64,000 bases of DNA from Prorocentrum cordatum (Eukaryota), in assembly GCA_963575745.1 (NCBI GenBank), contig CAUYUJ010000001.1, forward strand, positions 3,100,001 to 3,164,000, read 5' to 3'. Position numbers and translations under genes: made by a program. Below, piece by piece: positions 1 to 14,065 of the stretch; position 1 is the first letter of the stretch; each line of letters begins with the position of its first letter. A model generated the notes under the pieces. The model was given only the letters and a program-made list of their open reading frames with translations. It searched no databases and was not told the DNA's origin.

Positions 1-199
1 ACCACCACCCACTACGCACGCGCGCGCGGAGCCACAGGTCCGCTACGACACGCGTCCGCGGATAGAGAAAATCAGCGCCATGGTAAGGGATGGGAGGGAG
101 GGGTAGGACGTCAGATATGACGCGAGCGCACCTCGCTTGTCCTTCTCCCCCTCCCCCTCTCCCCGTTCCCGTCCCAATGCCCCTCCCCCTTTCTCCTCT

Positions 200-490
200 G
201 CCCTCCTCCTCCTCCTGCTCCTCCTGCTCCTCCTCCTCCTCCTCCTCCTCCTCCTCCTCCTGCTCCTCCTCCTCCTCCTCCTCCTCCTCTTCTATTCCTC
301 CATCCATCGAGCTAGGCGCGCGACAGTGTCAGCAGCGCCTCAGCAGGCTGAGCGCTCGAGCAGGCCCAGAGCTCCTCCTCCGGCGGCTCCGAGGAGGGAA
401 ACACGCTCATGGGGCCTCCTCCTCCTCCTCCTCCTCCTCCTCCTCCTCCTCCCTCCTCCCTCCTCCCTCCTCCTCCCTCCTCCTCCCTCC
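200..490. repeat. (CCT)n microsatellite split by about 125 bp of unique sequence
   Basis: Direct reading: CCT runs at about 203-290 and 415-490. Confidence 0.95.
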
Positions 491-2009
491 CAGAGGTGCG
501 CCAACAGGGAGGGCGGCGCAGACCTCCGGAGGGCCCCGACGGCCAGTGGACGATCACCCCCGGCCTCTCCGGATAGCGCAGAGAGTCGCTGAATGCACGG
601 TTACGGAACATATGCATTACCACTGGTAATGTATATGTTCCGTCGTCGGCGTCATCGTCGTCGTTGCATATGCCGCGTCGTCGTCGTCGCTTGTCGCTTG
701 TCGCTTGTCGCTCGTCGCGTCGTGCGCGCGGGCGCGGCTGTGGTGCTGGAGCCACACGGCGGGGGGGGGGCCTCACGTCATACCCCCCGCGCCCCCCCCG
801 CCCCATGACGCCTGTCATTACCAAACATAAAGAAACGCTCTCCAGTGGTGGGCGGTTTTTGAATCCCAGGACTTCTGGAGGGTCGAGGACGACGCTGGGG
901 TGGTGTGGTGTATACTTTTTTCCCCGTTTTCCCATGGAAGCAACAGGACATGTATACACCAGGATGCCGTATACACCATAATCCGTTTCCTTGTGCGAAT
1001 CTCGGTGCGGGACCGGGAAAAAGCATCGGCGTATAAAGTTCGGTTCTTTGAAAACGGCTTACGTGGCACCTCCTGCTCGACCGCCCCTGACTCCAGACAG
1101 GGAGGACGGGCAAACGAGAGGGGTGCGACGCAGCAGTGCTGAGGCCACTGGGAGCAGCCAGCGCCAGCAGGTCCGCTGCCGTCGGCTCGACACGGTGGCC
1201 TGGCCTCCAGCCTCTGTGCGGCCTCCTCCTCCTCCTCCTCCTCCTCCTCCTCCTCCTCCCACGCTCGGACACGCTGTTTGCAAGTGTGCTCTGTGGGAGG
1301 CTCCTTTTTTTCCAGGGCTTGGACAGGCTCTGGGCCGCGGACCAGGCGTCAGCCTCCACGGGCTATGCAAACCGTGCACCTGGGTCCAGGCAAGACCGTG
1401 GCCCCCCTGGGCATCCGACCTCTTGGCAGCACGGAGATCATGCCCCAGGAGCCGCAGCAGCAGCCAGAGCTCGGAATCCTGAGGGCCAAGGGTCTGGACG
1501 CTTCTCCCAGGGACCTCGATGTGCCACCGGCCTCGACCACGAGAGGCAGGCTGGGCGGGGGGCTGCTGGTGGGGTCCGCGTCCTCGCCTGAGGCCCGGCT
1601 CTGCAGGTCCTGGCAGCTCGGCCGCATCCTGGATCGTGCTTCCGGCGATCCGCACCTCCTGAACTCCCGCCCACCTTGACGCCGCCTAGGCAACACGTGA
1701 CAGAGAGGCGACCTCGCGTGCAGCAGCAGAGCAGTCAGGATGACACTTGGCTCCTCTGCGTGCGCACTCGTCGGCAAGACGATTACCCCTCCGCTCCCAC
1801 TCCGACGTCCGCCCAGCCTTTACACCCCCGCGAGCTGCCACACCCTGGCCCAGATATGCGCTTTGGGGTTGCCGGAGTCCTGGCCCAGGGAGGGGGACAG
1901 GGCGCAACCGACCGTTCCCTGACAGTCGATGTAAAATTCTAGACGCTTCTCGCATCCCCACCAGCCCATCCAGAAACGACGCCCAGGCGAGTAGAGGGCC
2001 GTCCTGAGG

Positions 2010-2170
2010 GACTCTTGGGCGTCCTGGGTGCCTCGGGGAGGCCTCTTAGGGCCGCTTGGGGTCCTCTTGGGGGCCTCTTGGGGGCCTCTTGGGGCCCTCT
2101 TGGGGCCATCTTGGGGCCATCTTGGGGCCTCTTGGGGCCTCTTGGGCGCCTCTCGGGGCCATCTTGGAGG
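2010..2170. repeat. 10-11 bp 'cttggggcct/cttggggccat' minisatellite; related tracts at about 8685-8745, 58100-58360 and inverted at about 58920-59150
   Basis: Repeated CTTGGGGCC(T/A) units read directly. Confidence 0.85.
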
Positions 2171-2483
2171 AGATCGATCAAACAAGAGGGGAACTTCAAC
2201 TAGGGCCCCCCCCCTCAGGAGGCCAAAATGGGGTCAAAACCTTAGAAAAACCAATAATTTTGGCTTCCTCTCCGAGGCCGTTTTGGACGCTCCGACGACT
2301 CGCGGAACCCCCTGTGCAGGTCCAGGGGAGGGGGTAGGGAGAGGGATCAAGACGCCCTCCCCGCCCGCAAGCCGTCTCGCTCACTCCCACCCGCCCTCCC
2401 AACACAGATGTAGCACCCGAGCCTGGCCCGAGCCGCAGCATATGCAGCAGTCGTCTGTGGATGGGCAGCTACTGGGGGCCAAT

Positions 2484-2518
<35 letters not shown>

Positions 2519-2778
2519 CGCCGTCGCCGCCGGCGCCGCGCCGCCGCCGCCGCCGCCGCCGCTGTCTGCCGCTGCCGCCCGCCGCCACCGCCGCCGCCGC
2601 CGCCGCCGCTGCCAAATCGCCGCCGCCGCAGCCGCTGCCGCCGCAGTCGCTGCCGCCACTGCCGCCGCCGCCGCCGCCGCCGCCGCCCCCGCCGCCGCCG
2701 CCGCCCCCGCCGCCGCCACCGCCGCAGCCGCCGCAGCCGCTGCCCCCGTCGCAGCCGCCGCAGCCGCCGCCGCCGCCA
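2484..2778. repeat. (GCC)n microsatellite
   Basis: Direct reading. Confidence 0.97.
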
Positions 2779-5391
2779 AGTGTACTCGGTATTGCTTTTT
2801 GACAGGGAGTGTTGGGGGAGGCCGCATCGGGTTCGCTGCGCATGCTCGGAATTTGGAGACAGAGTAGTGTGTGTTTGCATTGTTTTTTTAAAAGGATGGT
2901 GGGGGCAGAGTGTGTTGTGTATTGTTTTTTACCAGGGATGGTGGGGGGGTGCCCGCATGGACCTGGGTTGGCTCCCAGTCGCCTGGGGGAGGGGGTGTAT
3001 ATTAATAGGGAACAGTGATAAACCCCTCCCCGAAGGGGAAGGAGGGGTGGAAGAGGAAACGTTCTAAACCACCGACGCCCACAGGGCTAGTGGGATTCAA
3101 CAGTCTCGTATACGCAATCGCACGCATAACAGATGGCCGCATCCTCGCCGTCTCTGGCTTGCCGGAGCGGGGCTAGGTCGGCCGGAACCGCTCCGTACGC
3201 ACAGAACAAGGACCTCACAAACTCGTTTGCCATTACGAAGGCTCAACCCGCCCTTCGAGAAAACTCGCAGTCTGGGTGCAACGCCGATCACTCACTGAAC
3301 GCGATGTCTGACATGAGCCCAGACGCAGGACGGTTGACCCACCAAGCGTGAAGCTCAGTGTCGAATGAGTGGAACAGGAGCGAGGCCCATGGGGCTGGGG
3401 AAGACTCCACAAGCGGCGAACTCAGTCTCCTGATCCCACTCCTCGAGCTGCCTCAAGCCCGTGATCGGGCGTGCTTCACGAAAGCGGCCTCTGTCCGAAC
3501 ATCAAGCTGGGCAGTGCACTCTTGTGGAACAGGGCTCCCGGGGCCCACGGCGAGTTAAGCACGTTCCGTCACTAGTGACAGCGTGATTGCACTGTTTCTG
3601 CTGCTGCGAATGGGCTGTCGAAACTAAAGAGCGCACCGCACTTTGACGATGCTCGATCCACACCTTAGATTTCTTACCGTTCATTTTGACCCTGAGTGGC
3701 GTCCAAAACATCGGGCGGATCCAAGCTCCAGCACGCTGATACTGTCCTCAGGCTGCCACTCCGACCTGGCCAGCGCTGCTCTCTCCGCAAGCATGCGGAC
3801 TTGCGGTGGGGCGAATCTAAGCAAGTCCTGTTTCCCCCCCCGCTCCGAAACGAAAAACCTCACCGACTCCCCCATCCACTCTGTCTCAGACAGGGTCAGC
3901 AGCAAGACGTGGGCAGGTGAGCACGCGGCCCCCACGTCGACCTGGAGGTCTGCAGGTGCCAACGAGCAGCTTCAAAGCAGGTCAGGAGAATGCTTAAACC
4001 GGGCCACCCTTCCCAAATTGCCTGGCACACATAGAAGCAACGCTTTCGTGGTAAAGCTCGGCAGGATCGATCTGGCCTCTCTCAATACGACAGACGCCTG
4101 AGCCCCACCGAGCAGGTCTTTTTTTATATCTCTGAAAGACTGCGCACCGCCTGGAGCCTCAAGCTGTGCAGACGCCTCCCAGGTCAACCCATAACCGAAG
4201 CTCCCCACGAACTGCCAGCCTGCGGCCCCGAGCGGTGCACCGCGCCCATCTCCGCACCGGCTTCTCGCAGCTTGCGAAGCTTCGCGGATCGGCGGACGCC
4301 TCGCCTCGCAGCTGCGAGTCCCAGTGCTGGCAATTAGCGTCTTGCAGCGCCCAACAGAAGCAGCTTCAGTGTCAAGATTTCTCGCCACCTCCTGCCGACG
4401 AAAACCCAGCTTGGACCACTCGGACCAACGGCGGGAGGCGACAGCCTGACATGAGGCCAGAACAGAACTCTTGGCACACTCGAGGACCAGTCGGCGAAAG
4501 GTGAACCCTTCGGCGAGACGTCTTCCTACGGCCCCCAACTGCTCCGACACGTGCGAAAGAGTCCCTACAGACTTTGCCGACACGTTGTCGACCACGTTGC
4601 GCAGCAGCATCGTGGGATGGTCCCGAGCGATGCCCCGTACAGCAGCACTTTCATCAGCGTCGTGGCTAGACTACATCGAGCTAGCACCGTGCCACCTTTG
4701 ACTGAAAATGTATCGCTGCAGCAATCCTGGAAGGTGAGTGCTCTTCGCCCACTGTGCAGCACGTGCGCCGCTCGAAGCACTTTCAGGCTGATACCTAGTG
4801 CTTTGGTTTCCAGACCGAGGGACCCATGGGAAACGTACTCATAGGCTTCTTGAGGTCCGTGAAAAGCGACGCAGTCTCCATCCCCATCGAGTGGCCGTAG
4901 AAGCCGACTAGGTTATGCTCCCAACCTGCCCTGCCACACGACCTGTCCCGTATGCCCCCCCTAGAAGCTCCAAGACGGTGTTCTCGCTCCCATTCCTGTG
5001 CCATGTCTTGGCGCGCAGGCGGCTCCACACACGAAGGAGGCTCGCTATCAAAGCGATCGGCCGAAGCCGTCCTCCTTCTTTGCCGATCAAAAATGATGAG
5101 CGTCGGTCACGCGTCGGACCAATTCAGCACCTGCTCCCACAGCTCCAGGAAGTCAAGCAGACTGATAAAAGAAACAGCTGTCCAGCAAACACCATGGACG
5201 GGGGTTGACACAGTCCCTGCCTAGACCAGCCTTGTGGTCAAACCTAAGGGGCGCACGTCTGAGCCTGGCCAACGACGGCATGGGCAGCTCCACCGTGTCG
5301 GCATCCACCCGCAAGGCCGAGCTCATCGGCTCTTTGCCGTCTAGCCAGTAGCCTTGCCACTTGCTGAGCAAGGCTTCTACTGCTGGGTCGC

Positions 5392-5560
5392 ACCACCCAC
5401 CAAACGACCCCTAACCCAACCCGAAGGCCGCAATTTTCCCTCCATTTCCAGTGGGGGGGGTCGGGAAACATTGACAAAAACACATGGAGCCCGTACCCCC
5501 CCAAACCCGAAATTCGGGTCAAATTCGGGTCTTCGGGTTTGGGTGGGGTGGTCTGGTAGG
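5392..5560. mobile_element. MITE-like element, family A copy 1 (copy 2 at 8440-8594)
   Basis: Imperfect terminal inverted repeats (acccaacccgaagg ... cttcgggtttgggtggggtggtctggta); internal ccatttccagtgg and gtacccccc..aacccgaaattcgggtc shared with 8440-8594. Confidence 0.75.
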
Positions 5561-5621
5561 TAGTACTACAGTGCTTCGCCACCAGGCCCTCTTGGCCCAT
5601 GTGTGGAGTAACATAGTTCAG

Positions 5622-5775
5622 GAGGGGAAACATCACAGACACAATCAATCGTCGATTCCCCAGAAAATATGGGAAAATATGGGCAGTGGGGGGGAAGACC
5701 GAAACTCAAAAAATATGGGAAAATACGGGGAATCCTTTTATCTGTGTGTATTTATTTGTGTGTCCCAGGGCCCCA
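5622..5775. repeat. About 150 bp dispersed repeat ending in gtgtgtcccagggcccc, 3 copies (5622-5775, 10635-10772, 31222-31406)
   Basis: Shared cacag(a/t)cac..aatc..gattccc...tatgggaaa...tgtgtgtcccagggcccc in all three copies, same orientation. Confidence 0.85.
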
Positions 5776-6382
5776 TCACTCCTTGCCGATCGTGTCTGGA
5801 TGCTGACGCATCTCCTCCTCCGTCTGCAATAAAGAGGTGCCTCTTGCCAGCAGAGCCGCTCTGACATCCACCGTGGCCAGCCTGGCCTGCTCGAGGCGGT
5901 CTGGCCCCGAGTCAACATCCGGAGTCACGCTAAATGCCGTGCAACTCAGCGACCTGCTCACGGCAGCGCTGTGGCCACTCATTCACCTGGGCTTCCACCT
6001 GCTTGGCGGCCAGATCGCTGCCGCTTGCCGCGCTGTCTTGGAAATACTGGCCTGGCAGCTCGACTCCCGAAGCCTCGGGGGCCGCAGACTCTCCGAGGCT
6101 CGTGGCTGCAGTCCGCCCGTCGGCGGCACGAGCTGGAGGGCCCATGTGGGACAGGGTCGGGAGTGCCTGGCGCTGACCCGCCCATTTGGAACTGAGCGCC
6201 GTCCAACTGGAAATATTCGGCCTCGTCCCCACCACCTTCTGCAGCCCGGGCAATACGCCACGCCGGCGTCCACCCGGCTAGCGTCAACTGTTTCACGGGG
6301 TCTCTCGTAGCACGATTTGCAACCGGTCGCCGCACGGCAGGCGAGCATCCTCGAGCCCAGGGCCATTGCCTTCCGACGAAGG

Positions 6383-6528
6383 CATCTATACACCACCACC
6401 GTGCCAAGGCAGGGCCATCCTGGGCCCCAGGATGGTGTATAGACCCTCTTGACCTCGGCCAGGAGGGCGTATACACCATCCTGGGGCCCAGGATGGCCCT
6501 GCCTTGGCACGGTGGCGGTGTATAGATG
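6383..6528. mobile_element. Hairpin (foldback) MITE-like element
   Basis: About 59-bp arms catctatacaccaccaccgtgccaaggcagggccatcctggg... and ...cccaggatggccctgccttggcacggtggcggtgtatagatg are near-perfect reverse complements. Confidence 0.85.
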
Positions 6529-8439
6529 ACTTCTGCGAATTGCCTGTTTTTGCCCCCCTCCTCCCCCTCCTCCCTCGGTTCCTGCCCTCCCGTTCCTCCC
6601 CCGGTTCCTGCCACCTTCTGCAGGTCGGGTTGAGGCCAGCGGCGGGTCAGCAGACGAGCGGCGGGCGCCACGGGTGACGCACTTGCCGGGCGGGCGGCGG
6701 TGGTGGGCACGCGGGCAGCCGTGAGAGCGAAGCGCCTGGCCTCTTCTTCCGCTCCCCGCCGCCGTGCTTCAACAAGCGCGTTCCACGACTCGCAGAGTGC
6801 CTGCCCGCAAACGTTCGACGCAAGTCCCGTTCTCCTCGATGTTATATCGCAGATCCCCCACGGCGGATCCAGGCCATTTGCGAGTAGTTACTTTTGCGAG
6901 TAGTGGAGCGCGCTTGTCTAGTTCTGGACTGGTGGATGCCAGTGGCAAGTCGGCGGCAGGGCGGCGGCTGTTCCCGTTGGCGCCCTGCCCTGGCGGTCGA
7001 CGGCGGCAGGCTCGTGGAAAGGTGTGGAAGTACGGCGCCCTGTCGTTCTGCGATCTGGTTTCGGTTTGCCCGCGGCCCCCAGGCTCGAGGCTTCCCCCCC
7101 GTGTCCCGCCCCCCCCCCCTCCCCTCTCCTCCTGTCCCCCCCCCTCCTCCTCCCTCGGGGCCACTTTGGTTTCCCTGCCTCGTCTGGCTTCCCCTCAGGG
7201 CCTGTGGGACAGTTGAGCTTCCCTCGGACAGGAATGACCCCCTCGTACGTGTGCCACATTTCAGTCGAACGCGGCGCGGGGTGCCAGCTCGATCCACACC
7301 GCGGCCTGCGAGCCTTGCCGAAGCCCTGGCCCGAGTCCTGTTTCCGCCCCCGTCGAGAGTGGGCCGGCTTCCCTGGGGTAGTTTCGGCGGATACGGGCGT
7401 TCTGGAAAGCGTCGCCTGCGGAAACCGTGACGCGCCTCTGGGGGCCATTACGTGCCTTCTCGTGCCCCCTGGACCTCTGCCTCTTCCCCCTCGCCGTCTG
7501 GCATCGGACAGCCGACCTTTCCTTCCCCTCTCCTCCTACCTGCCTCCCCTCCCTTCGAAGCCAACTTGTTCCTTTCTTTCCTTTCGACTCCCGTAGACAG
7601 GGCCCGGTGGATCGCGGACGGCGTCGACGCTCGCTAGCGTGGACACGCGAATTCCATGGTTCCGCCAGGCTTTATGGCAGTCTTGTGCTCACTGGGCGCT
7701 CCTGGGGTAGCCAAGGCCCCCACAGTTCCGACAGGCTCCGTGAGTGCGCGCGGTGCTAGTGGAGCCCCACCAACACGGGGTCATCCCAACTGCCCGCGTC
7801 GTGGTCCCGATTAGGTTCCACGTCGCTGATGCAGCCGTATAGGTTCTCACCACCTTTTCACTTTCTGCCGCTAAGGCTCTGGAGGGGCGTAGGACTCCTG
7901 TATGGACCCTCGGCCATCGAAGACGTCCATACAGGAGGGTCCATTCGTACTTCCACCCTATTTACACCGGAACCTCATACACCAGTCAACCGACCACGTA
8001 CACTGATGCTCCGCCGCCTCCTCCTCCTCTTCTCGTGTTTCGCCGCTCTTGTTGACAACGCCAGCGGCGGCGGGGGAAGGCGAAGGGAGGCGGGTGCCGC
8101 GCGGCCTCCCCGGCGGCGCACGGCCCAGGTGGCGCAGCCGTGTGCAGCGCTTCCGACCTCGCCGTGGCCATCGCTTCGGTCTTTTTGGGGGGGCCTCTCT
8201 CCCGCCTCCCGCCGGCTTGCTGGTCCACCTGCCCCTTCCCCCCTTCCCACCTCTTGCTTCTCTTCTCACCCGCCGCTTCCTCACCTGTTCCTCCTCCGCT
8301 CCTCTGCCCCCCCCCCGTTGTTCTCGTCTACTCCGCCCTGTTTGGCCCTGTTCCCTCATTCTGCTGTCGTCGGGTGCCTCTAGCGATGCCAGGGATAGGA
8401 CTGCTACGATAATGCGACCGAAAGTAATATTGCTCACCA

Positions 8440-8594
8440 CCACCAGACCACCCCAACCCAACCCGAAGGCCTCAATTGGCCCTCCATTTCCAGTGGTGGG
8501 GGGGTTCGTGGAACACGGACAAAGCCACATCTGGAATCCGTACCCCCCCAACCCGAAATTCGGGTCTTCGGGTTGGGTTGGGGTGGTCTGGTAG
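8440..8594. mobile_element. MITE-like element, family A copy 2
   Basis: accagaccaccccaacccaacccgaag is the reverse complement of cttcgggttgggttggggtggtctggt near 8566-8592. Confidence 0.8.
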
Positions 8595-9434
8595 GTAATT
8601 AATTGCTGATCCGATCATTTCGTATTGTTCAAGAGGCTTACGCCGTTCCGCCGACCCCAAGAGGGAAAGCATGTCCACGGGGGAGGCCTCTTGGGGGCCT
8701 CTTTTGGGAACCCCAGAAGGGGCCCCTTTTGGGCCTCTTAGGGCTTCTTTAGTCAGGAGGGGAATTAGCCTGACGAAGGACCCAACCATATGCAGGTGTG
8801 ACTACCGCAATTGTGATTCATTTTTTCGGTGGTGATCTCTATGAGGCAACGAACCGTGCTAGGGGTGTGCCCAAATGAGTGGCGTGGTACACAACGCGAA
8901 CGAAAACGATTGATCTGAGTACGTAGGGAGGCTGAGCGCGGGTGAATCTGAGCGCGAGTGCGTCTGACTGTGAATGAATCTGCGTGCGAGCGAGTCTACG
9001 TGCATGAATGCGAATATGGCAAAGCATGATGTATTTGTATATGAATGTCAATAGTTTGAGAATGACTGCCTCTGAGTACTCGTGACGCTGGGCGTGGCCG
9101 CCGCAAGGAGCTTCCCCGGGACTCCCCGACGGCATCGCCCGCGCGCCGCGACGCCAATGTCGGCGCGCCCCCCGCGAGGATCGCGCCCGCTTCCTCCCCT
9201 TCTTTTACTCCCTCTTTGCCCGCGCACTCAAAAGTCCAAGGCTGCGGGCGCAGCGCAGCGCGGAGTTCCCGCGACGCGCGCAGGTCGCCCCGGAGGGGTC
9301 CCATCGACGCGCGCGGGTCGTCCGCTGCGCGGAGCAAAGAGGGCTAGTTGGCTGGCTGATAGCGGGCAAGGCTCTTGCCGCTGGGCAGAGCGTCGACGGG
9401 CGAGCGAGGCGCGGAACTCCGACGGCCTCTGGCG

Positions 9435-10455
9435 GAGGTGTGCTGGGTGGGGGAGACGCATGCGGGCTGCGCCACGGGGACCTTCGGTGGAGCTCCTTAT
9501 GGGGCCACGACGCGCTGCGCTGGGTGGGGGAACCGCATGCGGACTACGCCACGGGGACATCGGTGGAGCTCCCTATGGGGCCACGAAGCGCTGTACTGGG
9601 TGAGGGAGACGCATGCGGACTGCGCCACGGGGACCTTCGGTGGGGCTCTATATGGGGCCACGAAACGCTGTACTGGGTGAGGGGGACGCATGCGGACTGC
9701 GCCACAGGGACCTTCGGTGGAGCCCCATATGGGGCCACGAAACGCTGTACTGGGTAAGGGAGACGCATGCGGACTGCGCCACGGGGACCTTCGGTGGCGC
9801 TTCCTACGGGGCCACGAAACGCTGTACTGGGTGAGGGAGACGCATGCGGACTGCGCCACGGAAACCTTCGGTGGAGCCCGTATGGGGCCACGAAGCGCTG
9901 TACTTGTTGGGGGGGGGGGGGGGGGGGCGCATGCGGACTGCGCCACGGGGACATCGGTGGAGCTCCCTATGTGGCCACGAAGCGCTGTATTGGGTGAGGG
10001 AGACGCATGCGGACTGCGCCACGGGGACCTTCGGTGTGGGTCCCTATGGGGCCACGAAGCGTTGTACTGGGTGGGGGAGACGCATGCGGACTGCGCCACG
10101 GGGACCTTCGGTGGAGTTCCCTTTGGGGCCACGAAGCGCTGTACAGGGTGAGGGAGACGCATGCGGACTGCGCCACGGGGACATCAGTGGAGCCCGTATG
10201 AGGCCACGAAGCGCTGTACTGGGTGGGGGAGACGCATGCGGACTGCGCCACGGGGACCTTCGGTGGAGCTCCCTATGGGGCCACGAAACGCTGTACTGGG
10301 TGAGGGAGACGCATGTGGACTGCGCCACGGGGACCTTGAGTGGGGCTCTATATGGGGCCACGGCGCGCTGTACTGGGTGGGGGAGACGCAGTCGGACTGC
10401 GCCACGGAGACCTTCGGTGGAACCCCTATGGGGCCACGGCGCGCTGTACTGGGGG
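9435..10455 (+). repeat. About 77-bp tandem satellite, about 13 units
   Basis: Unit gcgctgtactgggtgagggagacgcatgcggactgcgccacggggaccttcggtggagctccctatggggccacgaa repeated head to tail. Confidence 0.95.
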
Positions 10456-11388
10456 GTGATGATGCGGATGTTGATGATGATGACGGCGATGACGAAGATG
10501 GTGGTGGTGGTGATGATGATGGTGATGATGATGATGACGATGATGAGAGGAGGGGAGGAGGGAAAAGGAGGAAGAAAAGGAGGAGACGCGGGGACCGTCT
10601 CTTCAAAACGAGGACCCAACAACACAGGTTGGTTGGGGAAAAAGCACACAGTCACAATGAATCCTCGATTCCCCAGAAAAGTGTGGGGGGGAAAATGGCA
10701 ATCCAGAACATATGGGAAACTAGGGGGAATCTTTTTATTAGTGTCTATTTATCTGTGTGTCCCAGGGCCCCTTCATTATGGCGTGGCAGGAACGCATCGC
10801 TGGGGACCAGCGACAGCATCATTTGAAGAGAGGGTAGTCGGGTGGCGTGGAAGGACGGCGCAGAGAAAGGATTCGCGGCGAGATCTTGGGAGGCATTTGG
10901 ATGCTCGGGCCCATGTGGCCAGAGGCCACCTCGAAGCGTTTTCCGTGAACGCGGCAGCAATCTCGCTTCAAATCGCTCGGCAAGGAAAGGCGCAGACGTC
11001 GTAAAATGCGGAATGGAATGGAGGTGGACGCGATGCAGGGTGGTGGTGTGAAACTGATGCACCGCGTAGGAAAGGGTACAGTCAACCCGCATAGCAAGGA
11101 TGGGCGACCTTTCCAAGGGCCCCCTTGCATCCTTGCCTCCTCGGTCCATCCTTGGCCACTTTCGTTGGCCGCGTCTCGCCCGAACAGCATCGAAATGGGC
11201 GTCCAGGGCCCCTGCCCCTGCAATGGGAGACGGGTCTCTCCCAGTGTATACGCATGTGGTTTCCCTCCTTGAGCTGTCCGTAACGCCGCCTTGTGTCAGA
11301 CGCACTGTACGTGTTGCCGGGGATGCTGAGGGGTCTCTGTGGCGAAACCGCTCCGAAAGAACAAGAGGAGAAGGCTCTCGCATCCTTA

Positions 11389-11563
11389 CAGTCGGGGCGC
11401 TGAAGAAGGAACCCTTTTCGTTGGGGAGGGGCTCAGTGTTCCTTGATTGTTGTGCCATTTGCCGCAGGTTTCCCTGAGGTTTTCCGTGGGAAGTCGAAAT
11501 CAACTTTTTCGAAAAAGGGGCACCGTTCCCTATGTAAGGTTCCTTAGGTCAACGCCCCGACTG
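11389..11563. mobile_element. TA-flanked MITE, family B copy 1 (Tc1/mariner-like ends)
   Basis: TA|CAGTCGGGGCG ... CGCCCCGACTG|TA; second copy at 33045-33220. Confidence 0.9.
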
Positions 11564-14065
11564 TACCGCGCATCCTCACCATACGGGTTGGCTGTACGAG
11601 TCGGTGTGCTTCTGCGCTTCTGGCGGGTGCGCCCGCGGGCCTGCTGGGCAGCTGGTCCAGCGTGTACAGGAAGCGTGTGTCGGAGGTGGCTCGGCCTCCT
11701 GCCCTGACACGTCGATTCAGGATTTTGCCGTTCTCGGCTCGCGCGAGGGCGTCGTGGCCGTCGTTTTTGCGGGTCCAGGTTCGTCGGTTTCGGTCCCAGG
11801 CCGTCTTCACTGAGGGGAGGTTGATTAAAGGGAGGTTTGTCCACCGCCGAACGTGTGGTTGTGCGCGCAGAGATGGCAAACAAGGGCTAGGAAGGGGATA
11901 GGGGAGGAGGCGGCGAAGCGGTAAACGAGGAAGACGAGGAGCATGCGTAGGAGATGGCAACAGAGGGAGCGGGGGAGGACCAGATGGTGGGTGCACAGGT
12001 GGCAGGACACAACGACGAGGAGGAACACGCGCAGAGTGAATGCGAGGAGGGAGGCGACACGGCGCGACTGTCTGGTTTGAGCTGGTGTGCAACATCTTTT
12101 TGAGTCGCGGTGTGGGGTCGTAAGCCTAAAACAACACAAACGGCAAACGTAGTGGAACACGCGTGTGGCAATTGAGCAGATGTTTGGAGCGAGTCCCGCC
12201 ACCGCCCGCGGGTTTTGGGACAGAGGATTCGTGGATGCCCGTGTTTTTCGGGGGGCGTCTCTGGGGCGCCTCTCGGAGGCATGTTGGAGACTCTTCGGAC
12301 GCCTCTTGGCCCAGCATAGTGACATCCTACGCGGAGTCTGCTTCGCCTTGATTTCCCTCCCTGCGGGCCTCCCGAAGACCTGGCGGCGTTCCTGCGGGCG
12401 TTTTCTTCCCCCGCGCTGCAGGGCGCAGGGAGGAAACTGCGTCTCTGGCGGGCGAGCTGGGCCTCGCTCGCTTCTTGTACTGGCTATGACCAGCCAGCCC
12501 TGTGAAGCGCCAGAGCGACACGGCGCGGGCCGCGCTGCTTGGTCCAGCGTGCCACTTGAACGTGATAACCAGCCGCCGTCCTTCTTCATCCCACCTCTCT
12601 GTTGTCGTTCTCTTCCTCCTCCCACCATCTCACTGCTGCTGTCGCGTGAACTCTTCGGCCCCTCTTCCGTTCTCTTCCTGCCCTCCATTCCCACTCACGT
12701 TTCCTCGTCGGGCCTGTGGCCTCAGTCCTCGTGATTACGTTGCTGTCCTGTGAGGAGCGCAACGCGTGCGTCTCTCATATCGCTTGCACAACCAATGACA
12801 TATCTGGTATTGCCATCAACCATACTATTCTTGACCAGCTCTCCATGTCGCTCAACGCAGATGGGTTAGGTTCGTTGCACGGTACTTGTGTTTTTGTCGG
12901 CATTTTCTGATAGTGAGCACGTGCGTCGAGTGCGCCAGTGGAAGTGGCAACGCAAGAGAGGAGGGGGACGAGGATCGATGATCCTCAGTACACGTGTTAG
13001 CACAGTGTGTGCTTGCCCCGTTCAGCTTTGCCGACGCATAGCGCGCAGCCTGTATCGGCCTTCACTATGCCGCCCTGTGTAGGCTTCGGCAGACAGGCAC
13101 ACGTTGGGGTTCACGCGCGCTCTGAGGGTCACCGAGAGAGGGAGGCAGGACAAGGAGGAGGCAGAGGAAGGTGAACATGAGCAGGAGGAGGAGGAGGCAG
13201 GACAAGGAGGAGGCGGAGGAAGGTGAACATGAGCAGGAGGAGGAGACGATGGCTCGGAGGAGTGGGAGGAGCAGGGGCGAGGGGCAGACGACGAAGGGCC
13301 TCCGAAGGGGCTCGTGCGCACCGGGCCCGCGCCCTCCCCCGGGGGGGGGGCCTCCCCGCGGAATGCGGTGCGCGGGCAGGGCCTCGCTTTCGCCGCGGGT
13401 GCTGCCCGTCACGCTGGCGTGCCCGGCGGGGAGGCCAGCGCCTCCGCCCCCCGGCCTCGTTCGCGCGCGTGTTGCTGCTGCTGCCCCTCCTTGGGCTGGC
13501 GGGCCCCCAAACGGTGTGGTAACCACACCGTGTGATGAGCCGAGGGGGTTTCGGAATGGCCGCACGGTCTTGTGGTTCGGGTCGTTCTCGGGGGGTGCGT
13601 CGGGTGATTGGGGCCGTGCGATGACGGACTGTGCGGCGAGGTCTTTTGAGATTTCGAGGTCGCCGCACGGTCCGTCACCTCACGGTTCTGGGTCCCGATT
13701 TCCATCCTCTCCTTTCTCGTTCCTCGCTTTTCTGCCTCCCGCTCCTCCTGTAAGTGCCCAAGGGCCGTGACGTGGGACACGCTCGTCCGCAAGCTCGAGA
13801 GGGCCGTGACACAGCAAGCATTACGAAATCGAGCCACCGGTTGCGCCGTTCTTTCAAGAACTGCACAACCGATGAAGCATGATGATTGAAGAATGCCATG
13901 TGTGCAGCTTGGCAACTTAAGTTGTTCTCCTACTCCTTCTTGTCCTCATTGTTCCTCCTACTCTCTCTGCACGACCTCCTGCGGGATTCTGTGGCCACGG
14001 TTCATTCGTGAACGTGGGTGCAATAAGGGCGGCGGCATGGGTAATGCAGCGAGGCGCGCACTTGT

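Larger units (their letters stand above)
3097..6380 (-). mobile_element. Decayed non-LTR retrotransposon (LINE) ORF2: linker, reverse transcriptase and C-terminal RNase H-like part, interrupted by short repeats at about 5390-5775
   Basis: Minus-strand fragments read KEGGRLRPIALIASLLRVWSRLR (RT), SLFTDLKK (DxxKA), GTVLARCSLATTLMK, LRNVVDNVS (degenerate YxDD) and, near 3130-3310, SALHPDCEFSRRAG*AFV and YGAVP (RNase H-like). Many stops and frameshifts. Confidence 0.8.

Noticed and set aside
9435..10455. CRISPR-like regular array
   Set aside because: Units repeat along their whole length with no unique spacers, and no cas genes are present.
10775..11350. Possible RT fragment on the minus strand
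   Set aside because: No diagnostic motif is readable with confidence.
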